A stretch of 61,941 bases of DNA. Source: Corallochytrium limacisporum Hawaii. Its lineage: Eukaryota; Protista; Pluriformea. The stretch spans positions 1-61,941 of the forward strand of contig PDIP01000104.1 in assembly GCA_002811645.1 (NCBI GenBank). The letters run 5' to 3'. The translations under genes and the position numbers were made by a program. How positions within the stretch are numbered: the stretch's first letter is position 1; every line of letters begins with the position of its first letter. Shown in pieces: positions 11,616-21,683 of this stretch. Below the pieces are notes generated by a model, which saw only the letters and a program-made list of their open reading frames with translations, was not told the DNA's origin and searched no databases.

Positions 11616-12965
11616 ATGGCAAAGATTACAGCATTCCTTTCCCTGGGTTGCCCGCGCAGCTACTCTATTTTTCTGCTGCTGCGTCGCGCTCAGAAGACTT
11701 TGTCAGGTCAGCTTGATGTCGAATACTGCCCAGTCAACGGTCGGGACATCCAGGACCTTGCTGCAGAGGGTGACCCGGAATGGTTCAAGTTTACAACCCA
11801 AAAGGAAGCGTTCCTTAAGTACAGTGACTTTCAGATGCTACAGTATGTGCAGTGGCTTTGCGAGAGCGAGCAGGTCACTCATCAGCGAGCCCTGTCCCTA
11901 GCTGAGGAGAAAGAGGTCAATATGCAGGTGTCTGCTGAGATCATGCAGTCTCAGGAAGACCTGGAGAGTCCACGGACGATGAGCATCCTCTCCAGTGCTT
12001 TTGAAGAGGTCTACTTGTACAACGAGAAACTAAATGATGTCGGTCAACCAGACAAGCACGGCAAAGGTAAAGCTCTGAATGAGGAATCAGCGCAAAAAGC
12101 TAATAAGATGGGTGTCTTCTCTAGTGCTGCCATGGTCGTAGAGAATACGGGTCACGTGTGGATTGGTCCGGAACAGGTGCCGTTCGCCCTGGCCGAGGCT
12201 GGCTTGGTTCAAAACGCTGATCTCGCCGATGGCGGCTTGCTGACCATGTTTGATGCCAAGGATAGGATTCTTCGTGAATATGGATACACGCAACCCACCG
12301 ATGTTAACATGAAGTTCTACTTTGACTTTGCGTCACCTTTTGCGTACCTGACCCATCGCGCGGTCAAGACCATGCAGGCTCGTCTGCAAGGCGATCTCAA
12401 GGGCAGCAACGCGAACCTGAAGGTGGAAGGTGTTCCCGTGCTCTTGGGTGCTCTTATGGTTGGGCTGAAGACCGACATGAAGCGCTTCTTTGCGCAGCCA
12501 CAGCTCAAACGCAACAATGAGAACTTGGTAATGGCTGCCTTCCAGAACAGCTGGACCGGTGCCGACAAACTTAAATTTAACTCTGGATTTCCTTTAGTGA
12601 CTATACCAGCTCTCCGGAGCTACATTGCCAGTGGCAAAGATCCTAAGGCCCTGGATGCACTGTTCAAACTGGCCTGGGAGGAGGACGGTAACACCAACGA
12701 CAAGGCGCAGGTGGCAGACGCATTGAATCGAGCTGGTTTTGATGGTAAGGCTCTTATCGAGAAGACGAATGACCCAGAAGTTAAGAGCAGTCTTGTCAAG
12801 AACACTGAGAAGGCAGGCGCCATGGGATTGTTCGGTGTACCTAATTTCCAGATCAACAACGGGCCCATCGTCTACGGCCAGGACAAGTTGCCGCTAGTCA
12901 TGGCTCAGATCTGCGGCTGGAAGCCGGATAAGGCTCTCAACCTGCAGCTACCAGCTAAGATGTAA
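11616..12965 (+). CDS. DsbA-like / kappa-class glutathione transferase (HCCA isomerase family), apparently two tandem domains, PTS1-like C-terminus
   Basis: C-terminal domain FYFDFASPFAYL...GLFGVPNF...YGQDKL. N-terminal degenerate copy AFLSLGCPRSY...GVFSS...WIGPEQV. Protein ends in -AKM. Confidence 0.85.
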   Translation: MAKITAFLSLGCPRSYSIFLLLRRAQKTLSGQLDVEYCPVNGRDIQDLAAEGDPEWFKFTTQKEAFLKYSDFQMLQYVQWLCESEQVTHQRALSLAEEKEVNMQVSAEIMQSQEDLESPRTMSILSSAFEEVYLYNEKLNDVGQPDKHGKGKALNEESAQKANKMGVFSSAAMVVENTGHVWIGPEQVPFALAEAGLVQNADLADGGLLTMFDAKDRILREYGYTQPTDVNMKFYFDFASPFAYLTHRAVKTMQARLQGDLKGSNANLKVEGVPVLLGALMVGLKTDMKRFFAQPQLKRNNENLVMAAFQNSWTGADKLKFNSGFPLVTIPALRSYIASGKDPKALDALFKLAWEEDGNTNDKAQVADALNRAGFDGKALIEKTNDPEVKSSLVKNTEKAGAMGLFGVPNFQINNGPIVYGQDKLPLVMAQICGWKPDKALNLQLPAKM

Positions 12966-13046
12966 CACGTGTTACAAGGCTACCTACTTACATCAATGTA
13001 AACTGTTTTAATATACACTCTTTGCAGAAGTTCTGTTGAGGGTCCT

Positions 13047-16000
13047 CTATAGTCCGTGTGATGGCAGAGCAGAGGTGGAGTCGCTATGGCGAGTACCTTG
13101 ACTGCTCACTTCACTGTGAACATCCCGTCGCAAATTCTGCATATCCTGCAAAAAGCGTTGCTGTAGAGACTGCATGTCCTGCATGTAACGAGACATCATA
13201 TCATCAAGCGACTGCTCAATGCCCTGACTACTGCGCCGGCCCTGTGCTTCGGAGGGTCGACGGCGGTGGCCACCGGCTGGTGAAATGTCGCGGCTTGGGC
13301 CCTGCGAGTCAGCTATGTTTACCAAAGATCGCGGGTTCCGGCGGATGAAGCCGATACTGCCGAGGCGTGGTTGACGAGTAGACTGAATGGCTTCAATGTA
13401 GGCCTCCTGCCGCTCCATCAACGCCGAAACCGGCCCTGACGCGATGCCGGTGGACGAGCTATGGCTGCTGTTGGTACCGTGACCTGAAGGTGCACTGGGC
13501 CTGTGATCCTTGGAAGGTGGTACTTTGACACTTCGGAAATCACTGACGTGGCCTCCGACACTGGTAGTAGCGCTACCAGCATTGTCATGGGCGTCCACGG
13601 GTGGCTCCTTGGGGCTCTTCTTAAGAAACAGGGCAGTGCGGGCTTCGCGGTCCACGTGGTCACAGCTGCCGGGTGGACTGAACATGGGTTTATCTGCCTC
13701 ATCCTTTCCACTGGATGTGGTTCTGTTGCGCTTGAACGGAGCTGGCCGGGACGAAGGCCTGTACGGTTCAAACAATTGTCTGCTAGGCAATGCCTCACCG
13801 GCCTCTGCAAGCGCGGAGCGGGTCCTGGGCGTAAGCTCTGTGCCGTTCTTAAGCATTTCCTCAGATGGCACGGAGTAGGGTGATGCTGTCGCACCACTGA
13901 CAGTGCTTGGAGCCTGCAGAGTCTCCTCATTACTTGGGGGCGAACCTACGAGGAACGAGTTTCTGCCTTCTGGACGGACGGCTTTGCCAACTGAACCGGT
14001 TGACCCATCCAAGGGAACGAGGTCATCGCTGGTTGACTTAAGAAGGGTTGGCTTTTGAAACTGCAAGAGCTGCTCGTCCGTTTCTTCCTCAAAAGGATCT
14101 AAAGAGGTCGCAGACTGCCTCGCTTCTCGTCCTTCGGGGCCGGCATCACTCTGGCTGCTGCGACTGTGGCTGGCCCGACTAGCATTTGACTCCTCCCTGG
14201 ACAACACCCTGTCTCCTCCTGGCGGATCGTTGCCGTTGCCATCAGTGCCACCATCGGCCCCAAGCTCGCCTTCCTGCGATTCGCCGTCATCGTCAGAACC
14301 CTCTTCTTCTAGCCACTCGAGTCCATCTTCCACCGCCTCGGCTTCCGAAAGGATCTGGCGCAAACGGATGTTGTCGATAGTGATGCCTTCAATCTCCCAT
14401 GGTGGAGGCAGTCCACCAAACTCTGCATCTTTCGCCATCTGGTAGCCATCTTCCACGATAAAGATAAACACATTGAGTACCATGGTAATGAAGAATGTGC
14501 AGAAAGTCAGCAGGAAAGTGCGACCAAGCCACACTTGAAAAGGATCCCCTTCTACATCTGCGAGATTGCGGAATACTTCCAAGATGGAGTCTCCGTGCAG
14601 AAGAGCAAAAAGTGTGATGGAGGAGTCTGTCAAGGAGCCGAAGTCATCGCCAACGCCATTAAAGAGCGCCACTCCGGCGGCAGCATACGCCATGAAAATG
14701 GGCATGGTAGCCGCAATGAAGCGACAGGTACGGAAGAAACTGGATCGCACAGCCAAAATGAGTGTGTAGTACTCAGTAGCCCACTCAAAATAACGGATCA
14801 GATTGATCCAATTCATGAACAAAGCGGTAGCTTGCATGATATCTCCGAAGTCTGCCGTCTGCGTCGCGTTGCTTAGCTTACCCATGCTAAGCTCAATATT
14901 CCAAATTGATGCACATACGGCGCAGCTGTCTGCAAAGAAACTGATAACGTACCAGACCTTGAAGAAGGCGAGTCGGTCATCCCAGTCCAATTCTGGCCAG
15001 TAGAGGCCATTCGGACTGCGCGCCTTGCTAAGCATCCTTTGAGCATACTTGTAGGTCTGGTAAGAGTTGTAGATGGCTCGCAAGACCAGGAAAATGCTCC
15101 ACACACTCAGGCAGCCAATGAGGCCATCAAAATAGAGGAATAGATCGGAACTTCGGTGCACAAGTGTCTTTTCAATCTGTAGGATATAGAAGGCTTGTCC
15201 ACCACCGCTGTCCAAGTCGTACTCAGTCACCACATGCCACTCGAACTCCGCTTCAGCCATCAGGGGACCACTGTTCTCATTGCGCAGACGGAAATCAATT
15301 TCAATACCGTACAAGGAATCGAAAATATAGCGCAGAGCCTCTACATCCATATCTTCAAAGGGACCAGCAGGATGGGCAGGGCCCAAAGGGTATTTTTTGT
15401 ACACGGGAGCACCCCGCCGACGTTCTCTACGATCTTCCTGGAAAAAGTTAGATATTGAGTCATATGTCCACCAGGAAGAAGACATATCTGCCTTATCATT
15501 CACTTCTTGTAACAGGGTCGCATTGATCAGGTCCTCTTTCTCCATAGCTACGTTGTCCACGTCTGGATCGCGACCCATCTTCTCGTCATAGATCTTCAGC
15601 AAGCGTTCTTCACGACGCCGGCGCCGTTCTCTGCGAATGTGTGCTGCCTCATCAAACGCGGGTCCCGCAGTGGAGTCGACTTTAACACTCTTCACTGGTA
15701 GCGAGTGTAAATCGATCACATTCCCAGCTGAGTAGGTGTCAGAAGTGGGTTGTAACGTAGTAGAGCTCGTTGCTGACGTTTCCGTTCGGGTGCTTGCGCT
15801 TTGAGTTTGCCATGGCGCTCCCGCTGAAGTGGATGGTGGGGTAGTTGTGGAATTGGACGGAATCGGTGGTCCAACAGAGCCCTGAAGGGGTGGCTCTGCA
15901 GGAGGTACTGTAATTGGACCATCTTCGCTTGAGGCAAAGAGCTTTAGGGTCATGACTACCGGATATGGATTTCCTTCCAGGTCGAACAATGAGTAGTGGT

Positions 16001-17012
16001 CTACAGAGTTCTCGCGCAGTGAAAAATACTTGGTAACGTCATCTCTGATGTGATCCAACACGTCTCCAATGGTGTACATCGGCATCGCTCCGCGTCCCGC
16101 ATTGGGGGTGAAAACATTACGGAATGTCTGGTGCTGCGCTGCGATGTAGCTTTGAAACTGCGAGGTTTCCATTACCAAACGCATAGTCAGCAGAAAAGTA
16201 AGGAGCATATTCAGCACCATCTTGTACGGAAACTTGCCATAGGTGCTCCACTTCTCCCAGGGACTGATCGACATACGATCCCTGTATGCAACCTTAGTGT
16301 GTGCTTTGGGCTTACATCGTCCGAATGCCCTGCGGATACCTCGGAGGACCTTACCGGTCTGCTGACGGGTGGCTCCTTGTGCTCGATTGTCGCTGTCCGT
16401 GCCATTCGTGTGTCCATAGATGTCATACCCGTTCACGGTCAGGGCGCTTGTGGATCCCTCCGTCATGGATGCGCTACCATTGAAAGAGCCGTGCCGGAAA
16501 TGTGCCCGCTTACGCGTCCGCTGTGGCGAAGTTTGACTCCGTTGCCGTGGAAGAGCATATGCATCTGTCTGTGATGGCAACTGTAAGGTGTCTGGTCTGT
16601 TTAATTCCATGCCCGGGGATGAAGCTACCTCTCGGAATAAAGGAGAAACAGGGTTTGAGGCTCCTTCTGTATACTGGTCACTACCTTGCCGCTGGACCAT
16701 CACACGCCGAGGGCTATCTCTGATCGGATCGGGAGCGTGTACTGACATATGACTGCGTCCAAATCGACTCTGTGTGCCCAGGATTCTCCACGGTCGCCCA
16801 AGTCTGTGTTGCCATTGGGCCTCTTCCGCAGCATAGCGATAGTCTTCCGGTGTGAACTCCCGGTCACTCACCATGGGGTTCGGGCTCACTCCCCGCCCGC
16901 GAAGCATAGGCCTTTCTTCATTAGTGCTGGTTGAAGACGTCGACGAGTCCGTGTCGTCGTTCACGACGGGCCGGAGCCGGCGGAGAGGACGTCGAGTGGG
17001 TTCCCCTGCCAT
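13047..17012 (-). CDS. MCOLN: Mucolipin (TRPML) cation channel
   Basis: SPWEKW...KFPYKMVL before S1, large luminal loop, NLIRYFEW, RFIAATMPIFMAYA, pore LFALLHGDSILEVF, S6 FFITMVLNVFIFIVEDGY. Confidence 0.9.
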   Translation of the reverse strand: MAGEPTRRPLRRLRPVVNDDTDSSTSSTSTNEERPMLRGRGVSPNPMVSDREFTPEDYRYAAEEAQWQHRLGRPWRILGTQSRFGRSHMSVHAPDPIRDSPRRVMVQRQGSDQYTEGASNPVSPLFREVASSPGMELNRPDTLQLPSQTDAYALPRQRSQTSPQRTRKRAHFRHGSFNGSASMTEGSTSALTVNGYDIYGHTNGTDSDNRAQGATRQQTGKVLRGIRRAFGRCKPKAHTKVAYRDRMSISPWEKWSTYGKFPYKMVLNMLLTFLLTMRLVMETSQFQSYIAAQHQTFRNVFTPNAGRGAMPMYTIGDVLDHIRDDVTKYFSLRENSVDHYSLFDLEGNPYPVVMTLKLFASSEDGPITVPPAEPPLQGSVGPPIPSNSTTTPPSTSAGAPWQTQSASTRTETSATSSTTLQPTSDTYSAGNVIDLHSLPVKSVKVDSTAGPAFDEAAHIRRERRRRREERLLKIYDEKMGRDPDVDNVAMEKEDLINATLLQEVNDKADMSSSWWTYDSISNFFQEDRRERRRGAPVYKKYPLGPAHPAGPFEDMDVEALRYIFDSLYGIEIDFRLRNENSGPLMAEAEFEWHVVTEYDLDSGGGQAFYILQIEKTLVHRSSDLFLYFDGLIGCLSVWSIFLVLRAIYNSYQTYKYAQRMLSKARSPNGLYWPELDWDDRLAFFKVWYVISFFADSCAVCASIWNIELSMGKLSNATQTADFGDIMQATALFMNWINLIRYFEWATEYYTLILAVRSSFFRTCRFIAATMPIFMAYAAAGVALFNGVGDDFGSLTDSSITLFALLHGDSILEVFRNLADVEGDPFQVWLGRTFLLTFCTFFITMVLNVFIFIVEDGYQMAKDAEFGGLPPPWEIEGITIDNIRLRQILSEAEAVEDGLEWLEEEGSDDDGESQEGELGADGGTDGNGNDPPGGDRVLSREESNASRASHSRSSQSDAGPEGREARQSATSLDPFEEETDEQLLQFQKPTLLKSTSDDLVPLDGSTGSVGKAVRPEGRNSFLVGSPPSNEETLQAPSTVSGATASPYSVPSEEMLKNGTELTPRTRSALAEAGEALPSRQLFEPYRPSSRPAPFKRNRTTSSGKDEADKPMFSPPGSCDHVDREARTALFLKKSPKEPPVDAHDNAGSATTSVGGHVSDFRSVKVPPSKDHRPSAPSGHGTNSSHSSSTGIASGPVSALMERQEAYIEAIQSTRQPRLGSIGFIRRNPRSLVNIADSQGPSRDISPAGGHRRRPSEAQGRRSSQGIEQSLDDMMSRYMQDMQSLQQRFLQDMQNLRRDVHSEVSSQGTRHSDSTSALPSHGL

Positions 17013-17994
17013 CTCGCTGAGCTATATATCATTACTTACGGATGCGCTTTTGCGTCATGGAGGCATTTCAATGTAATACTCCTAGGATAGATGCCTGCGT
17101 ACATGTTATCAAGCAATATGTTTTCACCACAGCAAAAGCGTCGCCCTCTTCTACTACCTTGTGCATGCTGATTTCCAAGGCGCTCCGCATGCAAACCACT
17201 CACCAAAGCTCTGCCGGCACCTTCTGACGTCCCGCAGCTGCCAAATTTCCGACATGTGAATAACCCTCCGTGTCTGTGCACCAGATCGCTTATCTTTTTT
17301 CGGCGCTGCCAAATTGGAAATCTCACCAGTCACATTCATTTCCGCGGCCCGAATTTCATATTGTCCTCTTGGCACACTGTTCCTTTCGTAGTGCGAACCA
17401 AGCGTACACGATTCCTACACCAGCAATATCGATTTCTCACTCGGATTGTCGGGCCATGCACTGAGATACACTGAGCCATGCACATACGGCCCGGATCCAC
17501 CCCATCTCCACTGGTTCTTCGCAATAGATCGCATCACTGCGTCGCATTCATGCGAACGCCGAACCGGGGGCCGAGACACCGTCCGTTCCCCCCTTTGGTC
17601 CGAAAGCAAAAGGCCCAAAGGAAAGCGTAGCGACGAGCAGCCCAGCCGCTGGGGAAGGGTCCTTTTTTTTTGGGTGTGTTCCCTCCATTTTGGCCTTCCC
17701 TCTCTCCTCCTTCCTTGGTTGCTCTTTCACCATCCGTCCGGTGGCGAGGACCTGGTCCACCTAAGAGAAACACAGAGCCTTCTGCTCACAAGCGCGCTCT
17801 GCATCGGGGGAAAAAATGCATGAGAACGCTAGGGAAGGAAACCCAAGAAGAAAAAATGTTCAAATGGCAGAGCTGTCCCGTTTTGAGAGCTGCTCGGCGT
17901 TGCATAGATCCCGAACTCGGCCTCGTGTCCCTGTTTGGAAGGCCGAAGAAGTAAAGGGGAGTATTCCGCAGTGCTGGAAAACTCGGAGATACAC

Positions 17995-18039
17995 AGAGAG
18001 AGAGTGAGTGAGTAAGTGAGTGAGTGGGTGAGAGAGAGA
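17995..18039. repeat. Imperfect (GA)n/(GAGT)n simple repeat
   Basis: agagagagagtgagtgagtaagtgagtgagtgggtgagagagaga. Confidence 0.8.
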
Positions 18040-18937
18040 TACCAGAGATCACCGGCGGAGCGCGACCAAACGGAATTGTGATGAAACCGGATCGTCTCCT
18101 GTTGGTTTGTCTCAGTATATTCAGTACGGAAAGTAGGTCAGAGGTCCGAGAGACGGGATCCCGTATCTCTAGGTAGATGCATATGTTACCCGTCATTGCA
18201 GCAGGCAGAGATTGCAGTGGATGGCTATACATATTGAATAGGAGAATTTCTCCTACGCACAGACACGGCGGTGGCTGTTCCAGGTAAGCGAGGCTGGGAC
18301 GTCGGGCCCCAGCGGCCGAAGAAAATAGCACAAAAATGCCCCGTGGGGGTTGGATTGGGCTAAAAAAGCCCAGCGAAAAATGGCTGGTGGGGGGGGGGCA
18401 ATGCTACGTTAAAAATTTTCTCACCGGGAGCTGGGGCTGACCGGGTCTTCCCTGCCTTCTCAGTCTCTGTCTCTCTGCAGGGGGGGGGGGTGCCTGTTAC
18501 CCTCCATCGCAGCTCGCCTTCTGCCCGTTACGCTTTTTCTGTTGGGACCCCCCCCCCTACGCATTCTCGGACCTTTGTGGAAGGCGGTGGGGAGGGGCCA
18601 AGTCCTTATTTCACCCTCTCCCATCGGTTCCAAAATTCTTCCTCCCTACGTGGAGACATCGAGGTTTTTGATTCCTTTGTTTCTCATTCCTTTTTCTCTT
18701 GGCGTGTGAGTCCGCACTCTGACCCGTTTTCCTTCTCTGGCTCATCGCTGGCATCCTCCGGCAAGACTCAAACGGCGTGTACGGTGCTTTGCTCCTTGGG
18801 GCTCTCCCCGGCCTTCGCCTCATGCGTCGCCCATAGTGCCCCTCCCCTGCCCGGGTCGCCGTCTCAGTTAGCGCAAGGGGGGAAAACGATTCAAAAGGCC
18901 GAAGGCCACCCCCACCCTCCTTTCTTCCAAGCGAGGA

Positions 18938-18949
18938 TTTGGCGCGAAA
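18938..18949. promoter_or_regulatory. Double-sided E2F-type site TTTGGCGCGAAA
   Basis: Matches TTTSSCGC on both strands; lies in the MCOLN/DALRD3 divergent intergenic region. Confidence 0.5.
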
Positions 18950-19265
18950 ACTGTGGAAGAGACCCCCCCCTTCAGGGAGGGGGGTGGTGCCGTGTTCGCC
19001 ACTCTACACGCGCAACCCATCGTTGCGCAGAAAAAAGTCGAAGCTCGCACTGGGCTGGGGCGGGCTATCGAAGGAGCAAGGGTGGGTCTCACATGGGGCT
19101 TTTCGTCAGGGATGAGTTCTTTGTTTGGCATTGAAGTGGGTACTAATTGGAACTGTTCCTGTTGGTGCAATCAGCTTTCGTGTTAATCGTTAATCATGCT
19201 ATGTACTCATATGGAATTCCATAACATGCTCCGTTATCATCTGGGTGGGTAGGTGGTGGTCGGAC

Positions 19266-21035
19266 ATGGTGATCCCACACCTTGCGAATGCCCTTCAGAG
19301 GGATCTTGCGAGGCATCATGAGGGGCTGCGATCTTGTAAAGTCCACTGGAATCACCTGCGTAGAAAGCCTACGAAGAGTATCAAAGGCAGACGTGCCGAT
19401 CTTGCCATTTCCGTAGATCGAGACAGTGAGCACAGTCCGGAAGACATAGCTAGGGCCATTCAGCAGTGGCAGCAACTCGACACTGAGTTGACGCAACTGG
19501 TTGACGGAATCCGAACAGAGTCTTCCTATGGGTGGCGGGTGTATTTGAACCGCGCTGAACTTGTACAACGCATCGTCACAGACGCTGAAAATGAAGAGTG
19601 TTTGTTCTTGGATGAAACCGACGACCGCTTCAAGGCTCTTGAAAGTGACCAGATCAGGGTCGCAATAGACGCATGGCCACAGTCATTGACTGTAAGTGAA
19701 CTTAGACTGCTGCTGTGCGGTAGAGCTTTGCACCAGTTGCGACATTTTGTCCATAATCAATCTCAAAGAGAATTGAGGCCACATGGCTACCTGTTCGACT
19801 TGGAAATATGGAGACTTGAGGAACGGCAGTTCACATTTCAGGACTCTCTTTCCGTTGTTTCGAATGATATCTCAGCAGATAAGGATGCCCTGGACAGAAT
19901 GGCAAAGTGCTTATTGTATAGTCCTGGCTATGTTCAGGATCAGGATCGACAATGCCTGGCCCGCCGAATGCGGTATCTCGCGGCGCAAATTGACCGGGGG
20001 GGAGAGTTTGATGACAGCATGGACAAGCTCAAACACCGTCAAGCGTGTACCAATGTGCACGGCAATCGCATATTAGGAGGTGGTCTTGTTGCAGTAGATG
20101 AGGAGGCTGAAGACAAGGATGGTTCCGATGATGACACGGCGCTTTTGAACGTCCTAGGGTTGTCGAACAACAACGATGATGATGGCGAAAGTACTGAATG
20201 TGGAGACACCGTCGCGCGATGGGCTTGGGATGTAGTACCATTTCGCCAGAAACGACGCTACCTTGATGCATACCCAGCTGAAAATGGCTTGGATTTTGTA
20301 TTTCTGGACTCAGTGGTTTTTCGTTCGCCTGACTGTCAAGTGATCGGAGGCAAGAAATGCGCTGGTTTGGACCTCTCTGCTGCCCGACTGTTGCAGGCAT
20401 TTGCCCAACAAGGTCAACGTGCCATGAACGAAAAGTATGCAGAACTGCTGAAACAGCGTCCAAACCAGGGGCGACTGCTCATCGATCGGCAAGCCGTGCT
20501 CTGGGCCAATAGTTGCTGTAGTTTTGCCTTACTGAGCAAACCGGAAGAGCGTGAGATCGCTGTGAAGAATTGCGTTTTCGCGGCGGTCGACCATGACTCT
20601 CGTACAGAGCATTTGTTGCAGAGCGATGCTCTGAACTCAAAGGTTGGGTCATTCATTCTCTACAATAGCGCTCGGATGGCTACCTTACTTGAGATGTATA
20701 ATCGGGATTACGGAGAAGCGGACGAAGGGGCCAACGAGCTTTCCGAATTGCTATTGCATGACGATCAAGAGTGGCATCTTATCACTTGCTACGTCTTACC
20801 CTTCCCAGATCTACTGGTCCAGGCAATGTGTGAAAAGAAGGTTGTGCTTGTGGCTCGCTTCTTGCAGGATCTTGCCTCCGAATTCAGTAGCTACTATCGG
20901 CGCGTACAGATCCTGACTGACCAGGATTCCCTATTCCCGGAAATGCATGCCCGGATGCGGCTGGTCAAGGTTCTCCACTACATCATGCGCACGTGCATGG
21001 CCGTGCTGAATATGACTCCATTGCGGAGAATGTAA
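19266..21035 (+). CDS. DALRD3: DALR anticodon-binding domain protein 3
   Basis: C-terminal DALR motifs GSFILYNSARMATL, EWHLI..YVLPFP, FSSYYRRVQIL, MHARMRL. No HIGH motif, so not an arginyl-tRNA synthetase. First ATG is at 19266; the ORF track starts at a GTG. Confidence 0.85.
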   Translation: MVIPHLANALQRDLARHHEGLRSCKVHWNHLRRKPTKSIKGRRADLAISVDRDSEHSPEDIARAIQQWQQLDTELTQLVDGIRTESSYGWRVYLNRAELVQRIVTDAENEECLFLDETDDRFKALESDQIRVAIDAWPQSLTVSELRLLLCGRALHQLRHFVHNQSQRELRPHGYLFDLEIWRLEERQFTFQDSLSVVSNDISADKDALDRMAKCLLYSPGYVQDQDRQCLARRMRYLAAQIDRGGEFDDSMDKLKHRQACTNVHGNRILGGGLVAVDEEAEDKDGSDDDTALLNVLGLSNNNDDDGESTECGDTVARWAWDVVPFRQKRRYLDAYPAENGLDFVFLDSVVFRSPDCQVIGGKKCAGLDLSAARLLQAFAQQGQRAMNEKYAELLKQRPNQGRLLIDRQAVLWANSCCSFALLSKPEEREIAVKNCVFAAVDHDSRTEHLLQSDALNSKVGSFILYNSARMATLLEMYNRDYGEADEGANELSELLLHDDQEWHLITCYVLPFPDLLVQAMCEKKVVLVARFLQDLASEFSSYYRRVQILTDQDSLFPEMHARMRLVKVLHYIMRTCMAVLNMTPLRRM

Positions 21036-21165
21036 AGAACAAACTGGTTAAAGAAAGAACATGGACATGGGTCCAACGTACATAAACACAGGCTACACCA
21101 AGAGCTGGAAAGCCGACCCAGTTTAGAATCTTTGACGCATGTGTGGACACTTATTTTGGTTGCGA

Positions 21166-21600
21166 TCATGCATGTTGGCTGAGGTTGTAAGCACTAGCAG
21201 CGTACTTCGCACCAGTCTTGATAGGGGCGGCAAAAGACCGGCTATTTTCAGTGGCATGCTCAGCACGGCGCCTCTCTCGCTGACGCTGCTCAGCCTTCTT
21301 TTGTTCCAAATGCTTTCGCTTATAGTCCTGGAATTCGCGGCCAAAACGTTCAATCTTGTATTTGTACTCGGCAGCTTGCCTCTGATACATGTTGAGTTCG
21401 GAAGCCATGGCCTTCATCTGCCTGGTCTTCTCTTTGACGGCATTTTGGTAGACATTGAGCTACTCGACCACTTCGGGACCGGGTTGACGGGCTTAATTGA
21501 CGGTTTTCTTGTCGAGAATGGCCTTCTCACGAGCCAGCTTCTTGATTTCAAGCTTGAGAAGTCGAACGTCCTTAAGACGTTCACGGTACTTTACCTCACC
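21166..21600 (-). pseudogene. CFAP58: Truncated, stop-containing remnant of cilia/flagella-associated protein 58 (CCDC147)
   Basis: One frame reads GEVKYRERLKDVRLLKLEIKKLAREKAILDKKTVN*ARQPGPEVVE*LNVYQNAVKEKTRQMKAMASELNMYQRQAAEYKYKIER, matching CFAP58 C-terminal blocks. Stops at 21493-21495 and 21460-21462. Confidence 0.85.
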
Positions 21601-21670
21601 ATAGCCAACTTTTTCCCACTCCGCTCCGGTTGGAAATGTCCCCGATTTCAGAGTGCGCATTGCCCGTGGA

Positions 21671-21683
21671 GTCCCATGGCAAC
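21671..21683. promoter_or_regulatory. Candidate RFX X-box GTCCCATGGCAAC
   Basis: Perfect CCATGGCAAC core and half-site with an imperfect left half, about 70 bp upstream of the CFAP58 remnant. Confidence 0.4.

Noticed and set aside
18130-18290. U1 snRNA-like CTTACCTGG...ATCCACTGCA on the - strand
   Set aside because: Lacks the U1-70K loop (GATCACGAAG) and an Sm site; better explained as a donor-like sequence or chance.
21460-21495. TAA/TAG reassigned to Gln (alternative genetic code) or read through in CFAP58
   Set aside because: TAA and TAG end neighbouring genes at their expected C-termini, long ORFs have no internal stops, and the remnant also has large deletions.
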